A DNA stretch of 49,676 nucleotides, the filler included, from Streblomastix strix (taxonomy: Eukaryota): the NCBI GenBank assembly GCA_008636045.1. It is 2 parts of 2 records of this genome, joined end to end, with 100 filler letters (N's around TTAATTAATTAA, not from the genome) between each part and the next. Parts side by side here need not be neighbours in the genome. Positions count along the whole stretch, not along the records: positions 24,931 to 49,676 come from SNRW01000226.1; 1 more part is not named here. One strand, given 5' to 3'. Below are positions 37,701-49,676 of the stretch, piece after piece. The notes below the pieces were generated by a model. The model made no database searches and had not been told where the DNA came from. It saw nothing but the letters and a program-made list of their open reading frames with translations. The number at the start of each line of letters is the position of its first letter. Position 1 is the stretch's first letter. The translations under genes were made by a program, and so were the position numbers.

Positions 37701-38250
37701 CGAACTATCAAATTGAAATTGCAGGAGGTGCATATGTTAGTTTAGTTGATGATTGTCGAGGAGAAGAAAGATTCATTGCTAAGAAATAATTGAGTGAATA
37801 TGTGAGAAAATAATGTAAAAAAGCAGAAGATATTTCACGTGTTGTTGATGATATGTCTCGACCTTGGGTTACATTTGATATTTGCATTACAATTTGGTGT
37901 AACACATCCGTTCCTGTGAACAACTATGTAAGCAGTTCTTCAATGTTAAGAGTTACTGAATCTGGAGGAGCTTTGGTTCATATTGACAGAAGTGCAGCGA
38001 AATGTAATTTCCAATCAAGCATATTCACAGATTGTGGTATAACTACTACACCATGGACTCTAGTGATCTTCTCAACCAATATAGCACCCTGTATTGGTCA
38101 GAAGAGTGAAGATGACATATGTGAACCACTCTGGGATCGAGAATTGAGGAATGGTAAGATGGGAACTGGACTGGTTGTTGCAAGAGAGGAAACATCACCT
38201 TTGATCAAAGCAAATGGAATCTAATTCATCAATTGTGATGGAATTATAAA
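31745..38250 (+). pseudogene. Large parallel beta-helix (pectin-lyase/PMP-like GGAI-repeat) protein, heavily disrupted
   Basis: Repeats ENGGGIYVLI (~34652), KNGGGIYAEV (~34764), RGGAAIYGEI (~36016) and GGRGGALYIYL (~36218). Cys caps GCGWCDDACRTVEFAI (~35300) and ECGYVNSTCNSFEHAV (~36563). Many in-frame TGAs and frameshifts. Confidence 0.7.
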
Positions 38251-39515
38251 GAATATATATGATCCGAGTATTACAACATAAATACTATCTAATTAAGAAA
38301 GCGGATATAAATCTAAGATTGATAGAGATGAAAAATACTAAAAGATTGCGATTAAAGAAATTCCTAAAATTAAAGTCTAATTCAAACCTAACTTTAAATA
38401 ATTTTCAATTTTACCATCAACTGAAAATGTATCAAAACCTTTTATAATTAATAAAAAAAATATATTCAGAAAATAATAAACTGATATTATTTGTGCTTCA
38501 ATTATCTGAATCTTAAAGAAAACTTGTTGAATCTGAAGAAAGACTTCAATTGCAGAATCTTTTAAAGGAGAAGAAGAAAGGAAATGGATTTAAGCTGAAT
38601 TAAGAAAACGCGATGCAGAAGACAAAGCAGGAATTTCTGAATAAAGAATGAAAGATGCAGAAGAATAAATAGTTCTAATTGAGTCAATAAAAAAAGTTAA
38701 GTTAAAATAGAAAAAAAGATAGAAAGAATAAAAGTAGAATTTGAATAAGACAGTTTTGAAGCTGAAATAATTTGAATAAGAAACTGACGATATTTTATTA
38801 TTCATAAATTGTTAATACAAAACTATTGAGATTAAAAATGCAGATTCAATTCAAATTAAGATTGACTTGGATACTAAAGAGAAAGATGAAGATGAAAATG
38901 TCCAAGAAATCAGACAAATGAAGTTTAAAATATATTAAAAAGATTATCGCATAATTTATTTAAGAAGATAAATAAAATTGATTTCAAGAAAATAAGCGAT
39001 TTAAGCTGGAACTGTTGATGCTCTTCTTCGTTTGATGTCTGCTCAACCACTCGAAAGGATATCACTATCGCACATATATGCATTCTTCATATTCACAAAC
39101 TCATCTTCTGATGAAATTGGTGAGATGATGTATGACAGAAACTCATACATTTCACTTATCCATCTATTTGACCACCAAGATTTCTTCTTCGTCAACAGAG
39201 CTGCAATTTCAATGTTCAATTTGCATAACAATGGTTCCAGAACTAGACCATCAACTGCACCTCATCCGCATTATTAGAATATGATTGTATTTGGTAGAAT
39301 CCAGAAGTTGTTTACATTGTTCAAGAAATATGCGAATTAAGATATCAAGATTTCAATATCTTTGTGCATTGAACATCTTTTCATAGAAAAGGGATTATTG
39401 ATCAATTGATTAGAAGATAGATTATATCATACTTAAAGATGCTTATGAACGAAGATAGTCAATTTGCAAAAAATGCTGCAACATATAGATTGATTAATCT
39501 TGTGCAAAATGTCTG
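38250..39515 (+). pseudogene. Coiled-coil + ARM-like C-terminal module, probably the continuation of the preceding pseudogene
   Basis: AELRKRDAEDKAGISEQRMKDAEEQ..., then KQAIQAGTVDALLRLMSAQPLERISLSHIYAFF...YISLIHLFDHQD...PHPHYQNMIVFGRIQKLFTLF. Frameshifts present. Confidence 0.6.
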
Positions 39516-40181
39516 TATGTAATTATTTTAAATTTACTTAAATATTCATAATCAAATATTATTTTTACTGTTAATATTTATTATTATATTTCATATCATA
39601 ATAATAAATCAAAATTTATATATAGATGAATATAGAGATTCAGTCAAAATAGGAAATTATAAGAAAAATTTCTAAGAAAATAAGATAAAGATTTTGAATT
39701 GAAAATTCTAACTGAAATAATTAAAAAAAAAAGAATATATGTTTGAATGTTATATGTAATTGATGTTTATATTGAATTCATAAATGATATTTATTTTTAT
39801 GAGAAAGATGAATCAACTTATTCAAAGATGAAATTTATTGAATAGGAAATGAATTAGAAATTCAGATGAATATTTAGTCATTATATAGTTAGAGTAGAGA
39901 TTGAAATATATGAAATGAATATGATTTACTAATTAATAATGAAATAAAGAGAAAGATAATACTCATAATACCAGATAATGAAGAGGAAATTAAAAAGGAG
40001 ATGAGTTGATATTCCGAAAATAAGAATATTAAAAGAAAACAAAAATAATAAAAGAAAGCAATCTTATATGATTCAGAAAATAAGAAAGGAATGATCATGA
40101 GATATTCTTGATGTAAAAACGCAATGCCGATAGTAATTTCATGAAATTAAATATCATAATTTCTTAATTTCGAACAGACGA

Positions 40182-40297
40182 ATAACCAATAAATTGATTA
40201 TGCTGCAGACCAACATAGCTACATGCAAACAGCTATTGTTTATTGAGTATACGACGGCTTATTCCTATGGGTTAGCCTTAAATAAATTGTGTCCGTA
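40182..40297 (+). repeat. Left ITR with its unique outer extension
   Basis: ATAACCAATAAATTGATTATGCTGCAGACCAACATAGCTAC, then ATGCAAACAGCTATTGTTTATTGAGTATACGACGGCTTATTCCTATGGGTTAGCCTT...TGTGTCCGTA. Confidence 0.92.
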
Positions 40298-40299
40298 AC

Positions 40300-41730
40300 A
40301 CACGTCCAAGTAGGCATTGCACACCACCAACATAACCGTCTTAACGACAACGACGACGACGAGTCAGCCAACAGTGAACCGGGCCTTCAGGTGCATGCGT
40401 GAGCGCAGATTCCAATCAATGAATTCATTAACGCTATAGAGGTACAATCAGATGAAGATGAAGATTATGCTGCATCGCCCATTCAATAATTGTCAGATGA
40501 CGAGCATCAAAGTATATATTCCGCCTCAGGTGATGACGAAATTCGAAACGCACAGTGGTTACCGCGACTACGCACACGTCTGGAGGCTGATGGAGACGCA
40601 AAAAGCTTATCAGAAAGTGAAACTGAAACCGAGACAGCTCCGGGTATCAAAAGAAGACGCCTACTTGAGGACGAGTCCGAGGACAACAAAGAAAAATCAG
40701 ATTCTGATTCCATCTCGCCGCAAGACACTGAAACGAAGTAGTGGTTACAGAAGCTAGCACCTGTACTGGGTAAAGGCGAGAGACACAATAAAAAAGCTGC
40801 AATACGACTGGTGAGCTCAAGAATCAACTAAAAACCGAAAGATTATGACGCACTGTGCCCAGAGCTAGATGAGGATCATATCAAAGCACTTAGGGAGAGA
40901 TCTAGAGTAGATTTGACTCCATTCAATATCGTGATGCCTCCTCGGATCGTAGATGGCGAGAGATCTCCGCAAATCGGCGGGCTGGTGAGAAATTTTGTTG
41001 CTGCGCAACACACGGGGATTATGGCTATTGAATCAATATTCAAGAAAGGTAAAGAGGAAGCAGCAGTGCGAGTTTTAAACATGTTTGAATTAGTAAGCCA
41101 AGCCACAGGTGAAGCCTAGCAACTACGAAAGCAGAATATCAACTTCCGATGCAACCAATTCAGCTATAACCGATCTCCAGTCTCTGCTGCGTTAAGTCCA
41201 AAAGATAAAAAAGCTTGGAAAGAGAATAAGTCAATTAGTATGAACACTTCTCGCAGTTTGAGTAGAAAAGGAGGGTCCAGTAGATCACCAACTGCAAGAG
41301 GAAGAAGCATTCAAAGAGGAAGAAGAAGCAGAGGAAGTTATAATAGTTATAAATGAGTCAATTCATTACCAGTCTAATAAATGCAGCTTGATCAACATTA
41401 TGATTAGATCTAACATAACTATAATTTTCGTTCTTCGAAAAATTATAGTGCAAATGTCGAGTTTAACAAATCAATTCAGCCTCAAACAGACTCGAAATCT
41501 CACCAACACATCTATCAGCTTCGCAGTCACTCGTATGATAATAAGAACACTCGCTTTTAGAGTTAGAGCATAACTACGCACGACAAACTCCCAAATTAAG
41601 TAGCTCTTGATGATGTACTAACAAGTCAGAAGTGCTACAACTAACATAACATTCAAGAACAACTACCGAACAATGATCAAATAAATTTGAATCTTGGTTA
41701 CTCAACCTTGGATCATTAAATGTAGTGTTC
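40300..41730 (+). pseudogene. DIRS ORF1 (gag-like)
   Basis: Acidic N-part, then VDLTPFNIVMPPRIVDGERSPQIGGLVRNFVAAQHTGIMAIESIF...MFELVSQATGEAQQLRKQNI and an RG-rich tail. In-frame TGAs near 40400 and 41354. The start was not resolved. Confidence 0.65.
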
Positions 41731-43677
41731 CTGATACAGTGGGAGCCCGGTTGCAATGGTACAAAGCGAAATGGGAAGAGATTGGTGCATCCCAGATATT
41801 GATTGAAGGTGCTTAAGCCAATTGGAAGGATGTAGAAGCTCCAGAACAGCAAAAGAAACGTCTGAAATTTCAAGAATTCCAAGGAACAGAAGAAGAAAAA
41901 AAGGATTTACATAGAGGCACTGCAAGACGAAATTCAGTAGGGAGTTGTAACTAAAATTCCAAAGGAAGAAGTTTTATTCCTAAATAGAACCTTTGCGATT
42001 CCCAAGAAAGATGGTAGGAAAAGGAAGATTCTGGATTGTCACTAAGTTAATAGATATCTTCAAGACATATCATTTAAAGGAGAAGACTTCAAATAGGTAG
42101 CAAACATAACCTTACGAGGAGACTGGGCGACAGTATTAGACATTAGCAGTGCTTACAATCACATTAAGGTTTCAGAAGAGCTCCAGAAGTACCTCGCATT
42201 CACCTTCACTAAAGAAACGTATACATATATAGTTATATCCTTCGGTCTGAAAACAGCACCGTACATCTTCCATAAGCACCTCCATCCAGCTATCACACTA
42301 CTACGAAAAGAAGGCATTAGGATGATAGTATACTTTGATGACATACTAATACTAGCCTAGAATTTAGATCTACTTGTTCTACAGAAATAAAGAGTCAAAT
42401 AACTCCTCGAAAGTCTGGGATGGATAATTAGCCCGAAATCAATTTTCATTCCAAAGTAATAAGTCCAATACATTGGATTGATATGGAATCTAACCAATCT
42501 CACAATTAGAATGCCAGAAGATAGAAGGAAAAAGATGATCAGCCATCGAATAAAATGGAACAAATAATCCTAAAGAAGATATACAGTTAAAATTCGAAAC
42601 TTAGCAAGATTGATAGGTAAACTTATATTTCTGAAACCTCAGTTTCCCAGAGTTCTACTCCATATGAAACTACTGTATAGATTTCTGAATCAAGCTAAAA
42701 CTCGTTAAGGTTGGAATGGTCTGATACAGCTAACGCCTAAGTTAAGAAAAGATCTGAGCTGGTAGCTATCAAAAGTAAGAGAAAACAAACCATAAACCTT
42801 CGAAGTCATTCCTCCTCAAGCATTGATAGTAACAGATGCATCTAAGAGAGGATGGGGAGCTACTCTAATACTGAATAATAATAAAATCGAGTTCAAGACT
42901 GGAAGAATCTGGAAAAAGAGATGGATCCAAAAATCCAGTAATTAGAGAGAACTAGCAGCCGTTCTTTGCGCAGTACGCCGGTTCGAAGGGCAATTGAAGC
43001 AGGAATAAATCCATTCAGTGCACTTGTAAACAGACAATACAACAACCAGCTATAACATCAATCGAGCAGACTCTTCCGGAACACTTACACATCTTACAGA
43101 TACAATTCTCCGAACAATGGAATAATATAACATCTAAATTATGTCAACACACATTCCAGGCATAACCAATAAAATAGCAGATTCACTATCGAGGCTGAAC
43201 AGAGCAGGCGACTACAGTCTAAGCAAGAAAACAGCTTCGAGAGCTTGTATGATGATGAAATTTAAACCAACAATTGATCTTTTCGCAAGCAGGAAGAATC
43301 ATCTAATGAAGGAGTATTGTACAATTAATTAGGATAAGAAAGCAGTAGCAAGAGACGCGTTTAGCATAAGCTGGGCACGAGAACATCCCATAATTCACCC
43401 TCCAATTCCTCTAATCGGTCGATGTCTGAAGAGAGTGTTACAAGAAAGAATTCATGCACTGATAATAACACCTAAGTGGGAAGGACAATATTGGTGGCCT
43501 CTTCATCAGCAAATGACAGCTAATTCGCTAAATTTAGGACAAGCAGATCAACTTCTGAAGAATGGAACAATCGCAAATAGAAAAGAATGGGCACTTCCTC
43601 CGGGAGAACTTCTAGCGAGCTTAATAAGCGGTAAGAAAGAGGAGAATAAGGAGAAAACTTGTTCAGAGAAGCAATGA
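41730..43677 (+). CDS. pol: DIRS pol: reverse transcriptase, RNase H and N6-adenine-methyltransferase-like domain
   Basis: VGARLQWY..W; TFAIPKKDGRKRKILDC; VLDISSAYNHI; SFGLKTAPYIF; YFDD 42331-42342; RNase H VTDASKRGWGA, RELAAV, TDNTTT, NKIADSLSR; MT IDLFAS...WAREHPIIHPPIPLI. One frameshift in the A-run at ~41896-41902. Confidence 0.92.
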
Positions 43678-44993
43678 AAGGAGCTGGAGCATCTAAAGAA
43701 GCTATTAATAATCAAATTATGTAACTGAACAAATCATGGAGACGTCACAGATAAGGTCTTGGTTATTCAGCTAAATACCTCCAAATAAATGATATGCAAG
43801 CAACTGACCTAGTCTCATTAAAATAACCATAAATATTCATAATTAATTTAATAGCTTGGTTAAGATCATGCATGCTTACTCCTGCAGCAATTCTAGATGC
43901 TAAAATAGCGATCTCTACCTTACTAATATCAATTGGAAATCCTGAAAAATAGATTTACAATAACACAACTTCCACTTCAGTTAAGAGTGAAAGAAAACAT
44001 ACTGCTAAAGAAGTATAAGATAAATAAACATAGAATATTGATGATCTACTTAAATATATTCGCCGTAGAGTCGAATCAATAGATAATATGGAAGAAGATG
44101 AACTTCAAGGAATAACGTAAGCTCTGTTAAAGGCAGTTACAATAAGAAGAATGTCTGAAATCTCAAGAGCGGCGCTATAAGTCGACTCAATTACAAGCGC
44201 ATAGTTTGTTTTACATACAGACATCTGCAAAGTTGGAGGTGAAAAAGTGACCTTAACCATCAAGAAGGCTAAAGATACCACATTCTGTCCCGTTAAATGG
44301 TTCACAAAATGGTGGAAATTCCAAGAGTCAAGAAGTAATAAGGGGAAAATTCTTTGGTGGGACAACACTCGTGGTAAGCCGGCATCTGATGATAAATGCT
44401 CATAACTGGCTAAAATGATAATTAAAGCAGCTGGTCTTCCATATAAGGAAAGAATTACAGAGCTAAGAGCCGCTGCAATAACCAAAATGATTGATAAAGG
44501 CTTCCCAATGCCAGTTATTAACGCATGGTCAATTCACTCTGATACAGCCAAAACGCTGCAGAGATATTATTACAGAGCTAATTGTAACGAAATAATAGAA
44601 TAATTATTAAGTACTGTTAATGTATGCATCTAACTTTCAACTACTTTATACTCAATAAACAATAGCTGTTTGCATGTAGCTATGTTAGTCTGCAGCATAA
44701 CCAATTTATTGGTTATGCATGCTGATCAACAGAGCGAAATGCAAACAGATATTGTTCCCTCCACATTTTAATATATATATATATAATAAGTTATGTTAAT
44801 ATTTAAATATGTGCTATATTTAAATATGTATATAAATGTATATATTACCCTCCACTAGGTTCTTAAATTTTAAATTTAGCCAATAGAATTAAGAACAACT
44901 GCTGAATAAAACGAGACTCAATACGAGACTTCGATCAAGCAGTATTAAACTAGAAGCAAGTCATAGACATTGCTGGGAGGGAGGTACAAATGA
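43674..44993 (+). CDS. DIRS tyrosine recombinase
   Basis: Open from ATG 43674 to TGA 44991-44993. Motifs TIRRMSEI (R), DICKVG (K), FCPVKWF, ITELRAAAIT (HxxR position reads TELR), WSIHS (H) and LQRYYY (Y). Confidence 0.88.
44647..44756. repeat. DIRS internal complementary region (ICR)
   Basis: TATACTCAATAAACAATAGCTGTTTGCATGTAGCTATGTTAGTCTGCAGCATAACCAATTTATTGGTTAT | GCATGCTGATCAACAGAGCGAAATGCAAACAGATATTGTT. Confidence 0.93.
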
Positions 44994-45168
44994 AGCATGC
45001 GTGCAGGCAGAAGCTTGGAACATGCAATGGAGATTTATAATTTTTTGCTCCTTTGAGCCAATATGGGTCTTCCCTACCTAATTTATTTTATAGGAGGTTT
45101 TCACCCCAAACAAAATGCAAACAGAGAAAAAATAGCCATTTTTCGTACATTTTGTTTATTTAATTTTA

Positions 45169-45267
45169 TACGGACACAACTATGGGAAGGCTAACCCATA
45201 GGAATAGGCCGTCGGATACTCAATAAACAATATCTGTTTGCATTTCGCTCTGTTGATCAGCATGCAT
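45169..45267 (+). repeat. Right ITR with its unique outer extension
   Basis: TACGGACACAAC...AAGGCTAACCCATAGGAATAGGCCGTCGGATACTCAATAAACAATATCTGTTTGCAT, then TTCGCTCTGTTGATCAGCATGCAT. Confidence 0.92.
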
Positions 45268-45926
45268 TATTTAATTATTGAAATTTTGCTTTTTTTATAA
45301 TCATGTGAAATAATCTTTTGAACTTTGATCTGTTTTTATGTTATTAGAGCTTTTTATGTATAAAAACAATCATTCAAAAAAAATATCCATGAGAAATAAA
45401 TATCAATAAAACTGCTTGAAAAAATAAAAAACCACTCAAAACTCAAGTGTTGTAATATTTTGGAATAATATTCAAATTATTAAATAAATGTGTAAATAAC
45501 CATCATTTTAGAACATTAACAACAAAAATTTTCAACGATTACTAAAAATAAAAAACGAAACAAAACTAATCGATTATTCCCGCGACAACACTTACCCATT
45601 TCGTCGCACACCATCTCATGTTATGCAGCAAAAAATATAAAAATTTGATAAGAAATTTTTATTGATAACTTCGACTTAACTCGCCCAAAATTTACCAGTG
45701 AAATTTTTCAATATTAATTGTTGCATTAACTGCCGAACTTAATAAGAGCATATATGTTTGTTATGTTTTTGAATGTTTTGATACTTATACCACAACTTTA
45801 TTATATTATACATAATTATCTTAGAACGTAACAAATTTTTCGATTTTTTTCTACAGAACGATTTTATTATTTTTAATATTTTTACTTGTTATTTGTTTTA
45901 TTTTGTAGACATCACGTCATAATTGC

Positions 45927-48900
45927 ATGTCAAGCATCAAAGATTGTATATATTCATTAATATTATTTCTATATATGTAAATTTTGGGTTTTATTTTAAT
46001 TTTCAGACAAAATCATTAGCAAACTTCCAGGTGGGGCATAAAGCAAAACATTCATAGTGGAATTGAAGTCAACTCACCAATAGTTCATAATGAAGAAAGT
46101 AGACTATCTTGAATAAGTTGACAGAGCTAAAGTTGATATTGAAGTTGATCTGATGCGTTCACTTGATTCTGATTTCACAGTTTGCTTTTATTAATTAAAT
46201 TTCAAATTTAATCTGAATTTAATTTATTTTTATTATTTATTCAGGTTCGTCTTGTTTGTGTATTTCCTGATCCAATGGAAATAGAATTATGCATGATCCT
46301 TGAATACTGTGTTCGTGGAGACTTCCGAAATATTATTGATGAATTCCAATAACTTCCTTAATCTGAGAAATTGATGGTATTTATTAATATATTTATTTTA
46401 TTTATTTTATTTAATGTAATTTATAATTATATACTTATATTTGTAGCGTGGATGGGAATATACAGCTCAGATCACACGTGCACTTGATCATCTTCATTCT
46501 CACAATGTAATGCACCGAGATTTAAATCCAGCTAATATCCTTGTGAATTATGATGGAACTATTAGATTGGGTTTGAATATTAATAATTATTTATTTATTT
46601 TATATTGAATGTTATTATCATTTATATATTCAGGAGACTTTGGACTTTCTCGTGAAATGAATGAAGATTATTACTTGACAATTGCTGGAACTAAGTTTGT
46701 TTATTCATAATTTTCTAAACAATTTGTTCTTATTTTCATTAATTTATATTTTTCATTATGATATTTAATCCAGAGTGTATATGGCGCCAGAAGTCCATTT
46801 ATTGAAGAGGTAACAATAATTTATTATATTTAATAAGATAAGCAATTAATTCATTATTTTGTTTATATTACATAATATATTATAGGATGAATAAGTCGAG
46901 TGATATGTTCTCATTGGGTGTGATTATATTCTAACTTATAACTGGACATCACCCGTATGAAGCTGATTCTGAAGAAGCTATGATTGATAAAATTAAGAAG
47001 AATAAAGTATCAGAACTTCCAGATTGGGTATCAAATCAGATGAAAGAAGTTATTAAATGGATGATGAATAATGTGTGATAATAATTAATAAATATTATTT
47101 TAATAAAATATATTATTAAATAATAAACTATTGTTTAATTTATTTATTATTATTCTAATATATATTAAATCAGAATGAGAATCATCGTCCAACAACAAAG
47201 ATGATTCTTTCTCATGATACTGTTTTGATGTATCTCAGATCATGTGAAGATCGTGAATAATTAAAATAAGAGAAAATCGAAGCATTAAATGAAAGAGATC
47301 TTCATATTTAAGAGAGAAATGGATTATAAAGTGATAATGAAAAAGCATTAGCTGAAAGAGATCGAGAAAGAATTGAAAAAGATCGATTATAAATTGAATT
47401 GAACAGAGAAAGAATTGAAAAAGAAAGATTTAAATAAGAAGCTGATTAATAGAAAAGAAGAGCCGATACGACTTAATCTGAATTAGATAAATAAAAAACA
47501 AAAACATATTAATCCTAAGAATTAGTTAAAGCATTTTAATAATAAATTGAAGCAACTTAATCTGATAATACTCGTCTTAAAACTGAAGTACAACATTTAT
47601 AAGCAGAACTTTCAAAATTAATACATTTAGCCACTTAACCAAAATAATAATCAAAAGCAGAACCTTAGCATCAATAGATTCAATAACAGATTTCAATTCC
47701 TTCTAATACTTAATAATCAGATAATATTATTTAATAAAAACAAATGTCCATTGTATAACCTGCTGTGATTCGTGGAGATTAAATTGAATAAAGTGTGATT
47801 GTTCCAAAACCTCTTCCAAAAGAATAAGTTAAACAGGAGCCTAAAATTAAATAAATTCAGCAATAAGGTTTATTATTTGAAATTCTATATTTGAATAATA
47901 TTAAATAATTGAATAATTATTAATAAAAGTTAATTAATCATATTTTCTCCTTATTTCATTCTTTATTTTCTGTATTGAATATATTTCAGTTCCTCCTTCT
48001 CTCAATCCAAATATGCTTGTAGGTATAATACCTGATGAAGAAGATGCTTATTAAAAGGGACTAAAATTAATCCATACAAACAAATGGGGCTTATCAACAG
48101 TAGCATTCAATCCCATAATATCAAGTGGGATTGTCAGATTCGGAGGATTCTTTGAGAGTCCATCATTTAACCCAACATTCAGTATGTCTATATGAATAAT
48201 AGAGATTAGAATGATATTATTTTATTTTAATTAATTTTCATTATCTTTTATTTTCATGAACTTCATTCTCTTAATATATTATTTATTCATCTTTCTGATT
48301 AGTTATCGGAATTGATGACGCTTCTGCTGTCTTTGGTTCAGATGAAGGTCCTGATAAAGGTGAAAGTATGAATAAAATATTTTTAATATAATGAAAAGAA
48401 TTATGAATATTAATTGATATTATTTTATTTATTATTTTATTTATCTTTAATCTTTGATAGATGAAAAGAAGACTGTCTGCTATTGGAGTGAGTTTGATTT
48501 ATATATTAAAATTTAAAAATATTATTTATTAATAAATCTAAATTTCTTAGTAACTATAATTAATTCCTCTCTTTCCTTCTCTCTAATTCTTATTCAGCGG
48601 AAGCATTTCTCATATTGGAGATTGTATTCCAGGAAACAGTCGAATTGAATTAAATAAATCTGTTTCCTGTGAAGTGAACATGAATATTTCTCCACGTACA
48701 TTAACATTCTTTATTGATAACTAAGAATAAGGATTATCTGTTACAAATATTCCATCTTCGATTAGATTCTATGTTCGCATGCAATTTATTTCTTTATTTA
48801 TTTATTTATTTATATATCAAATTATTCATATTATTTTATTTTATTTCATTAATTCATTCTCTCTATATCTATTCATATATTTCTATTCAAATAGATTTTC

Positions 48901-49029
48901 ATTTGTGATGAAAATTCCTCCTTTACGATCAATAGATTTGAGAATCTTTAATTTTCATCTTCAAAAGGAGTTTCAAATGGAAAAGTATTTGAATGGGGAA
49001 AAGAATGGAAAGATGAAGAAAATGATTGA
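45927..49029 (+). CDS. NEK-like Ser/Thr kinase + coiled-coil + SPRY-like domain, about 13 exons
   Basis: MSSIKD/YKIISKLPGGAQSKTF...IMKKV...EV; MILEYC; HRDLNPANIL; GDFGLSR; YMAPEV; SDMFSLG; HRPT; then a coiled-coil and SPRY-like module ending FEWGKEWKDEEND*. Twelve GT-AG introns of ~60-125 nt (e.g. 45946-46006, 46180-46244, 47868-47989, 48773-48894). No TGA or frameshift was found after splicing. Confidence 0.9.
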
Positions 49030-49676
49030 AAAAGAAGATAATGAATTAATTAGAGTGTTGATTAAGATGTTGAAATTGGTTCTATATGAAATAGTTCATT
49101 TTGATATAGTTTATATTCTTGTTACTCTTCAATTCAATTCCATGTAACTTTTAGAACTAATCAAATATAAATCATTATTCATACTAAAAATAGTATTATT
49201 AAGTTCTTTTTTGTGATTTTTGTATTGAAAATAATAATATAAAAATATTATTAATTGTTTGAGATAAATCAAAAAGAAAATGAAGGGTAAATATTTATAC
49301 TAGAAATTAAATATCGCACATTTCTTGAATGAATAACGCATTGTTCTTTTTCTAGATATAAAATTTTATTTCTAAAATTTATTTTAAAATAAATTTTATT
49401 TAAAATTTTGATTTTAACTTAACATTAATAGAGAAAACAAGCAATAAACTTTACTAATGAATTTATAACATTTCAACAAATTAAATATTTGTATATATAC
49501 AAATTTTTTAATTTACGAAATTCATTTCGATCAAATTTTACTAAATTTACACTTCAATATAATAAATTGACTGTATAATATGAGACACAAATTTTTCGAT
49601 ATTAAAACACGATCTGTTTGCGTCCCATTTAGCACAATTTAATGAAATTAGGGAATATTAATATTTATATTTTCTT

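Larger units (their letters stand above)
40182..45267 (+). mobile_element. Structurally complete DIRS-1-type tyrosine-recombinase retrotransposon (~5.1 kb)
   Basis: ITR cores 40223-40297 and 45169-45243 are inverted copies. The ICR (44647-44756) is the reverse complement of the left end (40182-40251) joined to the reverse complement of the right end (45226-45265). Gene order is gag-like, RT-RNaseH-MT, YR. Confidence 0.95.

Overview
Very AT-rich, intron-containing eukaryotic DNA that reads cleanly only if TAA/TAG encode Gln and TGA is the sole stop (translation table 6), so the supplied standard-code ORF track is mostly fragments or shadows. The code, short AT-rich introns and gene families resemble an oxymonad such as Streblomastix (inference). 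Two contigs are joined by an artificial linker at 24831-24930. The left contig has the 3' end of a host gene, then a ~17 kb decayed Polinton/Maverick-like endogenous virus. That element carries a hairpin-rich terminal region, rve integrase, protein-primed PolB with an HNH-like insert, an HNH endonuclease, KilA-N, a phage-tail-fibre-like gene and a putative double jelly-roll capsid gene. It is followed by a DIRS scrap, a pogo-like DDE transposase relic, a ubiquitin-like/RING pseudogene and an ARM-repeat gene with a Nup98-type GLEBS-like motif. The right contig has a truncated DIRS element next to a kinase-SPRY pseudogene, a long decayed beta-helix/ARM gene, a structurally complete DIRS-1-type retrotransposon (ITRs plus ICR) and an apparently intact 13-exon NEK-like kinase-SPRY gene. 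All translations were done by eye and no database searches were run.
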